Origin: an uncultured Alphaproteobacteria bacterium
Lineage (GTDB): Bacteria; Pseudomonadota; Alphaproteobacteria; HIMB59; GCA-002718135
Length of the DNA stretch: 64,000 nucleotides
Assembly: GCA_902553005.1 (NCBI GenBank)
Contig: CACDIK010000003.1
Location: 3,113 to 67,112 of the forward strand
Reading direction: 5' to 3'
In this document: one piece after another, positions 1 through 10,963 of the stretch
Layout of the letters: each line of letters opens with the position of its first letter
Position numbering within the stretch: position 1 is the stretch's first letter
The notes under the pieces: model-generated
The model's input: only the letters and a program-made list of their open reading frames with translations
Database searches by the model: none
Told to the model about the DNA's origin: nothing
Program-made: the position numbers and the translations under genes

Positions 1-60
1 GGTGAAACAATTTATGAAGCTAAAGATATGAAAGTCGGTTTATTTTCACCTGAGAAATAA
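1..60 (+). CDS. fabA: 3' end of 3-hydroxydecanoyl-ACP dehydratase/isomerase FabA (partial, starts outside the window)
   Basis: Frame 1 reads GETIYEAKDMKVGLFSPEK*. This is a FabA-like C-terminus (IY-A-D-KVGLF) and sits directly upstream of fabB. Confidence 0.55.
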   Translation, partial: GETIYEAKDMKVGLFSPEK

Positions 61-63
61 GTA

Positions 64-1281
64 ATGAATAGAGTAGTAGTAACAGGTTTAGGTATAGTAT
101 CATGTATTGGTAATAACCAATCAGATGTTATAGACAGTCTTAAAAATTTGAAATCTGGAATAACAAGTGCTGAAGAGTATGGGGAGTTTTCTTTTAGAAG
201 TCTTGTGCACGGTAAACCAAATATAGATATAAGTAACGAAATTGACAGAAGATTACTAAGGTTTATGGGTGATGGAGCTGCCTACAACTACATTGCGATG
301 AAAGATGCTATAGATGACTCAGGACTAGAGGATAGTGATATTTCAAATGAAATGACTGGTATAATTGTTGGTTCAGGGGGTCCATCTACACAAAATTTAT
401 TTAAGTCTTCTGAAATTGGAAAGAATTCGGGTTCAAAAAAAATTGGACCATTTATGGTTCCAAGAGCAATGTCTAGTACAAATTCTGCAACTCTTGCGAC
501 TCCTTTTAAAATTAAAGGAGTAAACTATTCAATTACTTCGGCATGTTCTACAAGTTCACATTGTATTGGTAATGCATATGAACTCATTCAGATGGGAAAA
601 CAAAATATTGTTTTTGCTGGAGGTGGTGAAGAGCTCCATTGGACTTTATCAATTTTATTTGATGCAATGGGTGCTTTGTCATCAAAATACAATTCTACTC
701 CAAACAAATCTTCAAGGGCATATGATGCAGATAGAGATGGTTTTGTAATAGCTGGTGGAGGTGGAACTTTAGTACTGGAAGAATTAGAGCATGCAAAAGC
801 TAGAGGTGCTAAAATATATGGTGAAATAACAGGATATGGTGCAACCTCAGATGGATACGATATGGTGCAGCCTTCTGGAGAAGGCGCAGAAAGATGCATG
901 AAGCAAGCATTAAAAAATATTGATGGTAAAATTGATTATATAAATACTCACGGAACAAGCACTCCGATAGGAGATGTAAAAGAATTGGAAGCAATCAAAA
1001 ATGTTTTTGGTTCCAATATTCCTAAAATGAGCTCAACAAAATCTTTGACAGGTCATTCTTTAGGGGCAACTGGTGTGCATGAGGCAATTTATAGTTTATT
1101 GATGATGAAAAATAATTTTATTAGTGGTTCTGCTAATATTGAAAATCTTGATGATAGTGCCAAAGATTGTAATATTCTCTTAAAAACAGAAAATGACGTT
1201 GAAATTAAGCATGTTATGTCGAATAGTTTTGGATTTGGCGGTACAAATGCAACATTAGTATTTTCAAAATATCATGCTTAA
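64..1281 (+). CDS. fabB: 3-oxoacyl-ACP synthase I (KAS I)
   Basis: 405 aa with the active-site Cys context ACSTSSH, plus HGTSTP and GHSLGATG His motifs and a C-terminal FGFGGTN. It lies between fabA and fabI. Confidence 0.85.
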   Translation: MNRVVVTGLGIVSCIGNNQSDVIDSLKNLKSGITSAEEYGEFSFRSLVHGKPNIDISNEIDRRLLRFMGDGAAYNYIAMKDAIDDSGLEDSDISNEMTGIIVGSGGPSTQNLFKSSEIGKNSGSKKIGPFMVPRAMSSTNSATLATPFKIKGVNYSITSACSTSSHCIGNAYELIQMGKQNIVFAGGGEELHWTLSILFDAMGALSSKYNSTPNKSSRAYDADRDGFVIAGGGGTLVLEELEHAKARGAKIYGEITGYGATSDGYDMVQPSGEGAERCMKQALKNIDGKIDYINTHGTSTPIGDVKELEAIKNVFGSNIPKMSSTKSLTGHSLGATGVHEAIYSLLMMKNNFISGSANIENLDDSAKDCNILLKTENDVEIKHVMSNSFGFGGTNATLVFSKYHA

Positions 1282-2047
1282 AAGTAAAAAAGGTTTAGTA
1301 TTTGGTATTGCAAATAATCATTCAATTGCATGGGGAATAGCAAAACAACTAGCTGAAAATGGTGCTGAAATAGCGATTGGTTACCAAAATGAAATATTAT
1401 TGAAGAGGGTGAAACCACTTTCTGAAGAAATTGATTCAAAAATATTAATAGAATGTGATTTTAATAATCATGACTCAATAAACAAATCTGTAGAAATTAT
1501 AAAAAAAGAATGGGGCACAATTGATTTTATAATTCATGCTGTTGCATTTGCAGATAAGTCAGAGTTAAATGGTAGATATGTTGATACTACGAAGGATAAT
1601 TTTATTAATTGTTTGGAAATATCATGTTTTTCTTTAACTAGTCTTGCAAGAAATTTTGAACCTATAATTAATGATGGAGGAAGTATTCTCACTCTTACTT
1701 TTTACGGATCAAATAAAGTAATACCAAATTACAATTTAATGGGAATTGCAAAAGCCGCTTTAGAAACAAGTGTAAAGTACTTGAGTGTGGATTTAGGCAC
1801 AAAAAATATTCGTGTTAATGCAATCTCAGCAGGACCTATGAGAACAATTGCTGGTGCAGCAATAAATAATGCTAGGGAGGTGTTTAAATTTACAGAAGAA
1901 CATTCAGCATTGAAACGAAATGCAAAACTAGATGAAATTGGTAAATCTGCTTTATACTTTGTTAGTGATTTATCTTCTGCAGTTACTGGTGAAGTACATT
2001 ATGTTGACTGTGGTTACAATATTATTGGAATGCCCAATAAATTCTAA
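1274..2047 (+). CDS. fabI: Enoyl-ACP reductase (NADH), SDR family
   Basis: 257 aa with the N-terminal [17 protein letters not shown] motif typical of FabI and a Y-x6-K region (MGIAKAALE). It overlaps the fabB stop by 8 nt. Confidence 0.85.
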   Translation: MLKSKKGLVFGIANNHSIAWGIAKQLAENGAEIAIGYQNEILLKRVKPLSEEIDSKILIECDFNNHDSINKSVEIIKKEWGTIDFIIHAVAFADKSELNGRYVDTTKDNFINCLEISCFSLTSLARNFEPIINDGGSILTLTFYGSNKVIPNYNLMGIAKAALETSVKYLSVDLGTKNIRVNAISAGPMRTIAGAAINNAREVFKFTEEHSALKRNAKLDEIGKSALYFVSDLSSAVTGEVHYVDCGYNIIGMPNKF

Positions 2048-2799
2048 AATTTTCCCAATAAATCTAAAGGATTATCAACAAAAATACTATCAACACCTAT
2101 GGAGAAAATATCATTAGCACTGGGTAAATTTATATTTTTATCTGAATAAACAGTTATTGCCATATTAGATTCTTTGATTTTTTTTATAATATCAGCACTA
2201 ACAAGATCTATATTTAATCCACAAATTTTTAAATCATGATTAATTGATATGCTAATCAAATCATCAATATTATATTCTTTAAAATCATCTAATAAAAAAC
2301 TACGTGTAGATTGAGGGTAAAGTTTAGAAATTTCTAAAATAGAAATCATATCAAATGAGGAGAAAAAAATATCTATTTGATTAAGATTTTTTGTAAGTTT
2401 ATATACTTGATAAACATTTTCTTTTTCAAAGTTTTTATTGGGTTTTAATTCGATATTTAAATTACCATTATTATTAGTACACAAACCAAGAATATCTTCT
2501 AACTTTGGAACAAAAATATTTGTATTTTCTTTATAAAAAAATTTTCCCGCATCAAGTTTTTTTATGTTCTCATAATCATAATCAATTGCAAACCCACTTC
2601 CATTAGTAGTTCTATCAAGTGTATCATCATGTAATAAAATTGGGACTCTGTCTTTAGAGATCTTAACATCTACCTCTACAAAATTTAAGCCTATTTCGAA
2701 TGCTCTAGAAATAGACACTAAAGTGTTTTCTGGACACAGATCTTTTACACCTCTGTGCCCAATTAATTTAGGTAATTTAAGTGTTTTCTTCTGCGTCAA
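2044..2799 (-). CDS. Glycerophosphodiester phosphodiesterase (GDPD family, cytoplasmic UgpQ-like)
   Basis: 251 aa with the HRG motif (IGHRGV), ENT, and the EVDV...[10 protein letters not shown] pattern of GDPD domains. Confidence 0.8.
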   Translation of the reverse strand: MTQKKTLKLPKLIGHRGVKDLCPENTLVSISRAFEIGLNFVEVDVKISKDRVPILLHDDTLDRTTNGSGFAIDYDYENIKKLDAGKFFYKENTNIFVPKLEDILGLCTNNNGNLNIELKPNKNFEKENVYQVYKLTKNLNQIDIFFSSFDMISILEISKLYPQSTRSFLLDDFKEYNIDDLISISINHDLKICGLNIDLVSADIIKKIKESNMAITVYSDKNINLPSANDIFSIGVDSIFVDNPLDLLGKF

Positions 2800-4870
2800 C
2801 TGCTTTTATAGAAAGTTTTATTTTTCCTCTTGAGTCGATATCCAATACTTTCACTTTAACGATATCTCCTTCACTAATAACATCTTCAACTTTCTCTACT
2901 CTTTCATTTTTTAATTGACTAATATGAACAAGACCATCTGTAGATCCCATGAAATTAACAAAAGCACCAAAATCCATTATCTTTATAACTTTACCATCAT
3001 AAATTTTACCAATCTCTGGTTCTTCGACAATACCTTTAATCCATTCTAATGCATCATTTCCAGATTTTTGATCTACAGCTGCAATACTCACTAAACCTTC
3101 ATCATTGATTTCAATTTTAGCTCCAGTTGTTTCAGATATTTCTCTAATAACTGCTCCTCCTTTACCAATAACTTCTCTAATTTTATCTTTGTTTATTTGT
3201 AGATTAGTTATTGTGGGTGCGTATTGGGAAATCGATTGATTAGGTTTATCGATTGCTTTAGCCATTTCACCAAGTATATGGAAGCGTCCATCTTTAGCTT
3301 GCGCTAATGCTTCTTCCATAATTTCAGCTGTGATACTAGTTATTTTAATATCCATTTGTAATGAGGTTATTCCTTCAGAAGTTCCTGCAACTTTAAAATC
3401 CATATCACCAAGATGATCTTCATCACCAAGTATGTCTGATAATATTACATATTTATCATTCTCTTTAATTAAGCCCATTGCTATACCTGCTACTGGTCTT
3501 TCTAAAGGCACTCCTGCATCCATTAAAGACATTGAGGTACCACAAACAGTTGCCATAGAGCTAGAGCCATTAGATTCTGTAATTTCAGATACAACCCTAT
3601 AAGTGTAAGGAAACTTTTCTTTAGAAGGTAACATTGGGTGAATAGCTCTCCAGGCTAATTTTCCATGTCCTATTTCTCTTCTACTGGTAGAACCTATTCT
3701 TCCAACTTCTCCAACAGAGTAAGGTGGAAAATTATAATGCAACATAAAATTCTCTGTATATTCACCATCAATTGCATCTATTCTTTGCTCGTCTTGTCCA
3801 GTTCCTAAAGTTGAAACTACAAGAGCTTGTGTTTCTCCTCTTGTAAATAATGCAGACCCGTGAGTTCTTTCTAAAACTCCAGTTTCACACACAATTGGAC
3901 GGACTGTTTTTGTATCTCTTCCATCAATTCTATTACCAGTATTAATTAATTCACCTCTGACTATATCTTTTTCTACATTTTTTATTGCATCTGAAACTAG
4001 TACAGGAGAGAGTGTTTCACTTACAAATTTTTCAGAAATTTCGTTTCTTAGTGAGGATAATTTTTCTGATCTTTTTTGTTTTTCAGTTATTTTATACGCA
4101 TCTATAAACTCTTTACCAAAATCTTCGTTGATTTTAGATGGTAGATTTTTAATTTCTTCATCTTTTTCTTTAAGATCCCATGGTTCTTTTGCAGCTTTTT
4201 TAGCTAAGGAAATTATTGCTTCAATCACTGTTTTATAATTTTCTTGACCGAGAACTACTGCATCAAGCATTTGTTTTTCTGAAAGCTCGTGAGCTTCAGA
4301 CTCGATCATTAGTACGCCTTCCTTAGTCCCTGCCAATACTAATTCTAATTTAGAATTTGATAATTGACTCTTACTGGGATTAACAACAAACTCATCGTCT
4401 ATAAAACCAATCTTAATTGCTCCGAGTGGGCCTAAAAATGGCAAACCAGATAAAGTCAATGCAGCACTTGCTGCTACCATTGCTACAACATCTGAGTCAT
4501 TTTCTTGATCATGTGATAATACAGTACAAGTAACTTGAGTTTCATTTTTAAAATCTTTATGAAATAGAGGTCTAACTGGCCTATCAATTAATCGAGAAAC
4601 TAATGTTTCTTTTTCAGTTGGTCTAGCCTCTCTTTTAAAAAAACCGCCAGGTATTTTTCCTACAGAATAATATTTTTCTTGATAATTTACTGTTAAGGGG
4701 AAAAAATCCATATCAGGATTTGCTTCTTTCGCAGCAACTACATTACACATAACTGTCGTACCACCATAAGTGGCTATAACTGTTGAGTCGGCTTGTCTTG
4801 CTATTTTTCCAGTTTCTAATTTAAGTGTTCTTCCAGCCCATTCAATTTCTACATTTTTCACATCAAACAT
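2777..4870 (-). CDS. pnp: Polyribonucleotide nucleotidyltransferase (PNPase)
   Basis: 697 aa with two RNase PH domains, then KH ([10 protein letters not shown]) and a C-terminal S1 domain ([13 protein letters not shown]). It is downstream of rpsO. Confidence 0.95.
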   Translation of the reverse strand: MFDVKNVEIEWAGRTLKLETGKIARQADSTVIATYGGTTVMCNVVAAKEANPDMDFFPLTVNYQEKYYSVGKIPGGFFKREARPTEKETLVSRLIDRPVRPLFHKDFKNETQVTCTVLSHDQENDSDVVAMVAASAALTLSGLPFLGPLGAIKIGFIDDEFVVNPSKSQLSNSKLELVLAGTKEGVLMIESEAHELSEKQMLDAVVLGQENYKTVIEAIISLAKKAAKEPWDLKEKDEEIKNLPSKINEDFGKEFIDAYKITEKQKRSEKLSSLRNEISEKFVSETLSPVLVSDAIKNVEKDIVRGELINTGNRIDGRDTKTVRPIVCETGVLERTHGSALFTRGETQALVVSTLGTGQDEQRIDAIDGEYTENFMLHYNFPPYSVGEVGRIGSTSRREIGHGKLAWRAIHPMLPSKEKFPYTYRVVSEITESNGSSSMATVCGTSMSLMDAGVPLERPVAGIAMGLIKENDKYVILSDILGDEDHLGDMDFKVAGTSEGITSLQMDIKITSITAEIMEEALAQAKDGRFHILGEMAKAIDKPNQSISQYAPTITNLQINKDKIREVIGKGGAVIREISETTGAKIEINDEGLVSIAAVDQKSGNDALEWIKGIVEEPEIGKIYDGKVIKIMDFGAFVNFMGSTDGLVHISQLKNERVEKVEDVISEGDIVKVKVLDIDSRGKIKLSIKAVDAEENT

Positions 4871-4891
4871 AATTTTATTTATCCTCTTTTT

Positions 4892-5161
4892 TTAACCTCT
4901 AATATTTAATTTTTTTATTAAATCTGAATATTCAGATTTATTTTTTTTAGATAAGTAGTTTAATAATTTTTTTCTTTTATTAACTAATGATACTAGTCCT
5001 CTTTTTGAATGATTATCTTTATTGTGAGTCTTAAAATGTTCAGTTAAATTTTTTATTCTTTCTGTTAAAACTGCTATCTGAACACCTGCTGATCCAGTAT
5101 CTTTTTCATTTTTAGAAAATTCATTAATAAGTTCTTTTTTATTTTCTTTTGTTATCGACAT
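4892..5161 (-). CDS. rpsO: 30S ribosomal protein S15
   Basis: 89 aa with [28 protein letters not shown], the classic S15 pattern. Confidence 0.95.
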   Translation of the reverse strand: MSITKENKKELINEFSKNEKDTGSAGVQIAVLTERIKNLTEHFKTHNKDNHSKRGLVSLVNKRKKLLNYLSKKNKSEYSDLIKKLNIRG

Positions 5162-5169
5162 CAGTTCTC

Positions 5170-6075
5170 CTATATTAATATTTTATTTGGTTTAAACAAA
5201 TTACCATCTAATTTGCCTATTGATACAATGTCTCCTTTCTTAAATAAAAAAATATTTTTTTTATCTAAGTTTATTGATGAATGATTTGTAATTTTTCTTT
5301 CATCAATTTTAATAGATCTTCCAAAAGATAAATTTTCAATATCTAATTTTTCTTCAATTTCATAAGCCAAGATGTCGTCCAGCATAGAAATTGTAGTGGA
5401 GATACAATTAATTTCTTCGTGCGTTTGTCCTATTTTTAGAAGATCGTCCAGTAAAATCGAATTTTTTTCAATGAATTTACCTACTTTTGACCTTTTCAAT
5501 GAAGAAATGTGACCATATGTTTTAAGATCTATGGCTAAATCACGAGCTAGACTTCTGATATAAAAGCCCTGCCCGCATGTAATTTTAAATGACGTTTTGT
5601 CTATACGATGGTTAGTAATACGCAAATCTTCGACAAAGACATTTTTTGCTTGAATCGTAAATTTTTTATTTTCTCTAAATAATTTATAAGCTCTTTTACC
5701 GTTAATTTTAACTGCCGAAACTTTAGGAGGAATCTGATTTATGTAACCAATATACTTAGTAATTTTCTTTTCTATTTCTTTTCTTTTAGGAAGGTAATTT
5801 GATTCAAATAAAATTCTACCTTCAGCATCATCTGTTGTTGTTTGAATTCCCCAAGTTACTGTAAATTCATATTCTTTGTTCATTTTACAAATATAAGGAA
5901 TTAGTTTAGTTGCTTTACCTATAGCAATTGGTAACACACCCTCTGCCATAGGGTCTAAAGTACCAGCATGACCAATTTTATTAATTGAAAATTTTTTTTT
6001 AATAGAATTTATGGCCTTAAAAGATGTAATATTTTTGGGTTTGTGTAAATTTATCCAACCTTGTTTTGTAACCAT
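5170..6075 (-). CDS. truB: tRNA pseudouridine-55 synthase
   Basis: 301 aa with the [16 protein letters not shown] catalytic Asp motif, in rbfA-truB-rpsO synteny. Confidence 0.9.
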   Translation of the reverse strand: MVTKQGWINLHKPKNITSFKAINSIKKKFSINKIGHAGTLDPMAEGVLPIAIGKATKLIPYICKMNKEYEFTVTWGIQTTTDDAEGRILFESNYLPKRKEIEKKITKYIGYINQIPPKVSAVKINGKRAYKLFRENKKFTIQAKNVFVEDLRITNHRIDKTSFKITCGQGFYIRSLARDLAIDLKTYGHISSLKRSKVGKFIEKNSILLDDLLKIGQTHEEINCISTTISMLDDILAYEIEEKLDIENLSFGRSIKIDERKITNHSSINLDKKNIFLFKKGDIVSIGKLDGNLFKPNKILI

Positions 6076-6440
6076 TACTTAATATCTCTAAGGACATTTT
6101 TGTTTAATAATAGATTTTCAATTTTTTCTGCCTCGTCAAATGTGTCGTCTATATAAAAAGAGAGTTTTGGAGTGAATTTTGAATTAATTTTTGCTTCTGA
6201 AAGAAACTTTTGAAAAATATATTTTCTGTCCTTCAAAATATCTAATATTTCTGATTTGTCTTTACCACCAAGAGGCATAAAGTAGACATTTGCAATTTTT
6301 AAATCCTTAGACATTCTAACAAATGATATTGTAATAGATGTAGAATTAATATTTTCGTCAAAAAAATCTTCTTTTAGTAAACAATCACTTAATAATGACC
6401 TTATCAACTCTCCAAATCTAATTTGCCTCTGCGTATCCAT
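6075..6440 (-). CDS. rbfA: Ribosome-binding factor A
   Basis: 121 aa in the conserved position between infB and truB, with an RbfA-like N-terminus (R..R..E.IR..LS). Confidence 0.8.
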   Translation of the reverse strand: MDTQRQIRFGELIRSLLSDCLLKEDFFDENINSTSITISFVRMSKDLKIANVYFMPLGGKDKSEILDILKDRKYIFQKFLSEAKINSKFTPKLSFYIDDTFDEAEKIENLLLNKNVLRDIK

Positions 6441-6452
6441 TGTAAAAAAACA

Positions 6453-8693
6453 TTATAACTTTCTACTTGTAGAAACTTCTTCAAATGTTTCAATAATATC
6501 ACCTACTTTTATATCACTATAATTATCAAGCATTACACCACACTCAAAACCAGACTTAACTTCGGATACCTCTTCCTTAAATCTTTTTAGACTACTAATT
6601 TGTCCTTTATGAATTACGATATTGTCTCTTAGTATTCTGATCTGTGATTTTCTAGAAATAAGACCATCTTTAACCATACACCCTGCAATATTTCCAACTT
6701 TAGAGATATTAAACACCTCTCTAATTTCAACATTACCGGTAATATTTTCAGAAATATCTGGTTTTAATAAACCAGTTAAAAGATTTTTTACATCGTCAAT
6801 GAGCTCGTAAATAATTGAATAATATTTAATATCTACACCATCTCTTTTTGCAATATCTCTTGCGTGAGGTAGTGCTCTAACATTAAAACCAACAATAAAA
6901 CCCTTCCCAGAACCAGCTAAGGTAACATCACTCTCAGTAATTGCACCTACACCCTTATAAATAACATTTACCTTTACTTCATCAGTTGACAGTTTAGTTA
7001 TTGAGTTTTCGATTGCTTCTGCTGAACCTTGAACATCCGTTTTAATTACCACTGGAAGGCTTGTTGCTTCACCTTTATTAATTTGGGCAAACATCTCTTC
7101 AACATTAGATTTAACCACAGTATTTTTTTGAATTTGTAGTTTGCTGGATCTAAATTCTGCAATTTTACGAGCAATACCTTCGTTTTCAACTACAATAAAA
7201 TCATCACCAGCTAATGGATTAGAATCAAATCCCAGAACTTCAACTGGTACCGATGGTTCGGCCAGTTTTATATTTTTACCTTTATCATCAATTAAAGCTT
7301 TAACCTTGCCCCACTCAGATCCTGATACAAAAATATCGCTTACTTTTAATGTTCCTTTTTGTACTAAAACTGTCGCCACCGAACCTCTGCCCTTTTCAAG
7401 TTTAGATTCAATTACAGATCCTCTAGCCTTTCTATCAGGGTTAGCTTTGAGATTAAGAAGGTCCGCTTGAAGATGAATAGCTTCTTCTAATTTATCTAAA
7501 TTTGTTCCTTTTGTTGCTGATACTTCTATATCTAAAACTTCACCACTTAGTTTTTCTACAATCACTTCATGACTAAGTAATTCATTTCTAACTTTATCGG
7601 CATCAGCTCCTGGGAGATCAATTTTGTTAATAGCAACTATTATTGGAACTTCAGCAGATTTTGCATGAGCAATTGATTCAATTGTCTGAGGTTTAATTCC
7701 ATCGTCAGCAGCCACAACAAGTATAATTATATCAGTTGTTTTTGATCCTCTTGCTCTCATATTTGAGAAAGCAGCGTGTCCTGGTGTATCGATAAATGTA
7801 ATTTTTTTATTATTATTATTAATTTGATAAGCGCCAATATGTTGAGTAATACCACCAGCTTCCCCAGAAACTATATTAGTTTTTCTAAAAGCATCAAGTA
7901 ATGAGGTTTTTCCATGATCAACATGACCCATGATTGTTACCACGGGAGCTCTTTTTTTAAGACTTTCTTCTTGGTCTTCAAAATCTTTAATATCATTCAA
8001 TATATCATCATCTTTAACTACATTTACTTTATGACCTAGTTCTTCTGCAACTAATTGAGCTGTATCACTCTCCAAAGATTGTGTTGCATTTGCCATAACA
8101 CCGATTTTCATTAAAACTTTAACTACATCAGCTGTTTTTTCTGCCATTCTATTGGCTAAATCTTGAACAGTAATAAAATCTGGAATAGAAATTTCTCTAG
8201 AAATTTTACTTTCATCTTCATCGTTTACTGATTTGAGTTTTTCTTTTTCTCTAGCTCTTTTGATTTTAGCTAAACTAGGAAATTTATCAAATTCTTGATC
8301 CTCTTGTTCTAATATTTTTTTTGCATCAGATTTACTAAAATCGTCTTCAAGCGGTCTAAGAGTTGACTTTTTTTGTTGTGTTTTTTTATCTACGTTTTTT
8401 TTATTTTTATTTTCAAAACTTCTTGCTTTATTTGGAGGAGAGAAGTTTGGTTGAGTTGCTGAACCAACACTTGGTCTAGGAGTTCTTAAGCTGGAGGATC
8501 CTCTAAAATTTGATTGAGTTGTTGATGAACTTTTCTGTTGGTTATTTTTATTCTTGAAAACAATTTGAATTGTTTTCTTGTTACCACTAGTTCTAGCCTT
8601 ATCACCAGCTGGACCAAGATTTTTTCTTATTTGTAATCTACCTGATGATGATAATTTTAATGGTTTTTTTTTGTTACCTTTATCTTTATCCAA
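6453..8693 (-). CDS. infB: Translation initiation factor IF-2
   Basis: 746 aa with a basic low-complexity N-terminus and a GTPase core (GHVDHGKTSLLD, DTPGH, NKID). It follows nusA. Confidence 0.95.
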   Translation of the reverse strand: MDKDKGNKKKPLKLSSSGRLQIRKNLGPAGDKARTSGNKKTIQIVFKNKNNQQKSSSTTQSNFRGSSSLRTPRPSVGSATQPNFSPPNKARSFENKNKKNVDKKTQQKKSTLRPLEDDFSKSDAKKILEQEDQEFDKFPSLAKIKRAREKEKLKSVNDEDESKISREISIPDFITVQDLANRMAEKTADVVKVLMKIGVMANATQSLESDTAQLVAEELGHKVNVVKDDDILNDIKDFEDQEESLKKRAPVVTIMGHVDHGKTSLLDAFRKTNIVSGEAGGITQHIGAYQINNNNKKITFIDTPGHAAFSNMRARGSKTTDIIILVVAADDGIKPQTIESIAHAKSAEVPIIVAINKIDLPGADADKVRNELLSHEVIVEKLSGEVLDIEVSATKGTNLDKLEEAIHLQADLLNLKANPDRKARGSVIESKLEKGRGSVATVLVQKGTLKVSDIFVSGSEWGKVKALIDDKGKNIKLAEPSVPVEVLGFDSNPLAGDDFIVVENEGIARKIAEFRSSKLQIQKNTVVKSNVEEMFAQINKGEATSLPVVIKTDVQGSAEAIENSITKLSTDEVKVNVIYKGVGAITESDVTLAGSGKGFIVGFNVRALPHARDIAKRDGVDIKYYSIIYELIDDVKNLLTGLLKPDISENITGNVEIREVFNISKVGNIAGCMVKDGLISRKSQIRILRDNIVIHKGQISSLKRFKEEVSEVKSGFECGVMLDNYSDIKVGDIIETFEEVSTSRKL

Positions 8694-8695
8694 TT

Positions 8696-10234
8696 TTAAT
8701 CCTTATTTTGTTCTTCAGACCAGAAACTTCTTGCCTCCATTATCATATTGTTAGCAGTTTCCTCGTCAAGGTCTAGTTCTTTTAAAATACCTTCTTCTTT
8801 ATCAATAAGTTCAAAAGTGGCTAAATCTGCAAAATCATTAACATTTAAAATATTTGATTTAGCAAGTTGTGCTAAAATACTATTATTCATACCTTTCAAA
8901 TTTTTTAGTTTTTCATCAGTAATATTTTCTTCAATTAGTTTTTTATCAGATTCTTCTTTATCTTTTACAAAATTTTTAGATCTATCTATTATTTCTTGAG
9001 CTAAAGTAGAATCAAAACCTTCAATTTTTTCAAGATTTTCTAAAGTTTCGGTAGCTATAGACTCAACTGTTGTATATCCATCAGTCACAAGTAACTGGGC
9101 AATGACATCTTCAACATCAAGAGATTCAGCTAATAAAATACTTTTTTCTTTAAACTCTTGTTGTCTTCTTTCCGATTCTTCATCCTCAGTTAAGATGTCT
9201 ATTTCTAAACTAGTTAGATTTGAGGCTAACTTTACATTTTGACCTTTTCTTCCAATTGCCAAGCTTAGTTGATCATCAGGTATTACAACCTCTACTTTAT
9301 TCTTTTCTTCATATAAAAAAATCTTACTAACTTCTGCGGGAGCTAGTGCATTTGCTAAGAAAGTAGCTTGATTTTCTGACCAAGTAACGATATCTATTTT
9401 TTCTCCTTGTAATTCATTAACAACTGCTTGAACTCTTGAGCCCCTCATTCCAACACAAGCACCAACTGGATCTATAGTAGAGTCTTCTGTAAATACACTA
9501 ATCTTAGCTCTTGAACCTGGGTCCCTAGCAACACTTTTAACAGTGATGACTCCCTCGTATATTTCAGGCACTTCTTGAAAAAAAAGTTTCGATAAAAACT
9601 GAGGATGAGTTCTTGATAAAAAAACTTGATATCCTTTAACATCATTTTTTACTTCATATATATATGCTCTTACCCTATCACCATTCTTAAATGTTTCCCT
9701 TGGAATAAGTTCCTCTCTTTTAATTATTGCTTCACTTTTACCTAAATCTATAATTAAATTTCCAAATTCAGTCCTTTTAACAATACCAACAGCTATTTCT
9801 CCAACTTTATCTTTATATTCTTCATATTGATTAGATTTATCAGCTTCTCTTACTTTTTGAATAATAACGCCTTTTGCATTTTGTGCAGCAACTCTTCCTA
9901 ATTCAATAGGAGGTAATTCTTTAATAATAAACTCTCCCAGATTTATCTCTGATTTAATCTTTTTTGCATCTTCTAAAAGAATTTGTCTGGATTGTAATTC
10001 TTCATCAATATTATCAACTACTTCAAGGTATGAATTTAATTTAATATCACCTGTTGCTCTATCAATAGAAATCCTTATATCAATATCTTGACCGTATTTA
10101 ACTCTTGCAGCTTTTTCTAATGCTTGTTCCATGGCTGAAAAAACTGAATCTTGGTCTATATTCTTTTCTTCTGCTACATTTGAAGCAACTTGTAGCATTT
10201 CTTCTCGGATTACATTGTATTTTTTTTTAGCCAT
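8696..10234 (-). CDS. nusA: Transcription termination/antitermination factor NusA
   Basis: 512 aa with S1 and two KH domains (AIGRKGQNVKLAS) and an acidic C-terminal repeat region. Confidence 0.95.
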   Translation of the reverse strand: MAKKKYNVIREEMLQVASNVAEEKNIDQDSVFSAMEQALEKAARVKYGQDIDIRISIDRATGDIKLNSYLEVVDNIDEELQSRQILLEDAKKIKSEINLGEFIIKELPPIELGRVAAQNAKGVIIQKVREADKSNQYEEYKDKVGEIAVGIVKRTEFGNLIIDLGKSEAIIKREELIPRETFKNGDRVRAYIYEVKNDVKGYQVFLSRTHPQFLSKLFFQEVPEIYEGVITVKSVARDPGSRAKISVFTEDSTIDPVGACVGMRGSRVQAVVNELQGEKIDIVTWSENQATFLANALAPAEVSKIFLYEEKNKVEVVIPDDQLSLAIGRKGQNVKLASNLTSLEIDILTEDEESERRQQEFKEKSILLAESLDVEDVIAQLLVTDGYTTVESIATETLENLEKIEGFDSTLAQEIIDRSKNFVKDKEESDKKLIEENITDEKLKNLKGMNNSILAQLAKSNILNVNDFADLATFELIDKEEGILKELDLDEETANNMIMEARSFWSEEQNKD

Positions 10235-10240
10235 AGTTAT

Positions 10241-10264
10241 AAAAAAAAGGTGGGATAACCCACC
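10241..10264 (-). terminator. Rho-independent terminator after trmB
   Basis: The minus strand reads GGTGGG-TTAT-CCCACC followed by an 8-T run. It lies between the trmB stop and the nusA start. Confidence 0.7.
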
Positions 10265-10306
10265 TTAATATTGTTGCGTATATAAATATTTTAGAGAATT
10301 TCAAGC

Positions 10307-10963
10307 TTATAATTTTCTTAAAATGAATAAAGATGGTTTTCTTTGAGAATTAATTGCTTTTTTGTAATATTTTGTCTCAATATTGAAATAATCTTTTATA
10401 TTTAAATTCATATTAGACTGGTTCAACCAAAGAAAATAATCCTTACAATTGTAAATCGAATTTAAAATAAATCTTACATAAATTGTTGAATCTGTTGCTA
10501 TATGTACCTCACTTTTATCTTTTAGAATTTTATGAAGTTTTAACAAAAAATCACTAGTTATTAATCTACGCTTGGCATGTCTGTTTTTTGGCCATGGATC
10601 AGGAAAAAATATCCATACAAGTTTAAAATATTTTTTGTTTACATTTTCTAAAACTTTATAAACATTACCATTATGTAAACAAATATTGCGAATTTTATTT
10701 TTTTCAATATTTTTTAGTAAAACTATATTACCATCAATATATTTTTCACATGAAATAACAATTTTATCTGTAAATTTCTTTGCTAGAAATATACTTGTTT
10801 CACCATAACCTGTGCCAATATCTAAAATATAATCAAATTTTTCATCAAAATTTTGAAACTTAAATTTTTCAACTGTTTCATAATAATTTTTTAAATTGAT
10901 TTTTTTTTTACTTCTCCCTCTTGTTCTTCCAAATAATCGATTAGTATAATTACTACTGAACAT
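10307..10963 (-). CDS. trmB: tRNA (guanine-N7)-methyltransferase
   Basis: 218 aa with the SAM motif LDIGTGYGE and the FPDPWPK motif diagnostic of TrmB. Confidence 0.85.
   Translation of the reverse strand: MFSSNYTNRLFGRTRGRSKKKINLKNYYETVEKFKFQNFDEKFDYILDIGTGYGETSIFLAKKFTDKIVISCEKYIDGNIVLLKNIEKNKIRNICLHNGNVYKVLENVNKKYFKLVWIFFPDPWPKNRHAKRRLITSDFLLKLHKILKDKSEVHIATDSTIYVRFILNSIYNCKDYFLWLNQSNMNLNIKDYFNIETKYYKKAINSQRKPSLFILRKL

Noticed and set aside
588-899. Antisense or alternative-frame ORFs in the supplied track. Examples are 588-899(-), 7141-7470(+), 8748-8999(+), 25955-26305(+), 42978-43316(-) and 52024-52329(+), along with the other 60-115 aa ORFs nested inside larger genes.
   Set aside because: Each lies wholly inside a longer ORF that has clear family motifs on the other strand or in another frame. 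Their translations are low-complexity (Ser/Leu/Ile/Phe-rich), with no recognisable motifs, start context or operon logic. I treat them as shadow ORFs.
8693-10306. Absence of rimP upstream of nusA, and of ylxR between nusA and infB.
   Set aside because: This is a real observation: nusA is preceded by the trmB terminator, and nusA and infB are 2 nt apart. However, loss of these small accessory genes fits genome streamlining and they may be encoded elsewhere. It is not evidence of anything new in this window.
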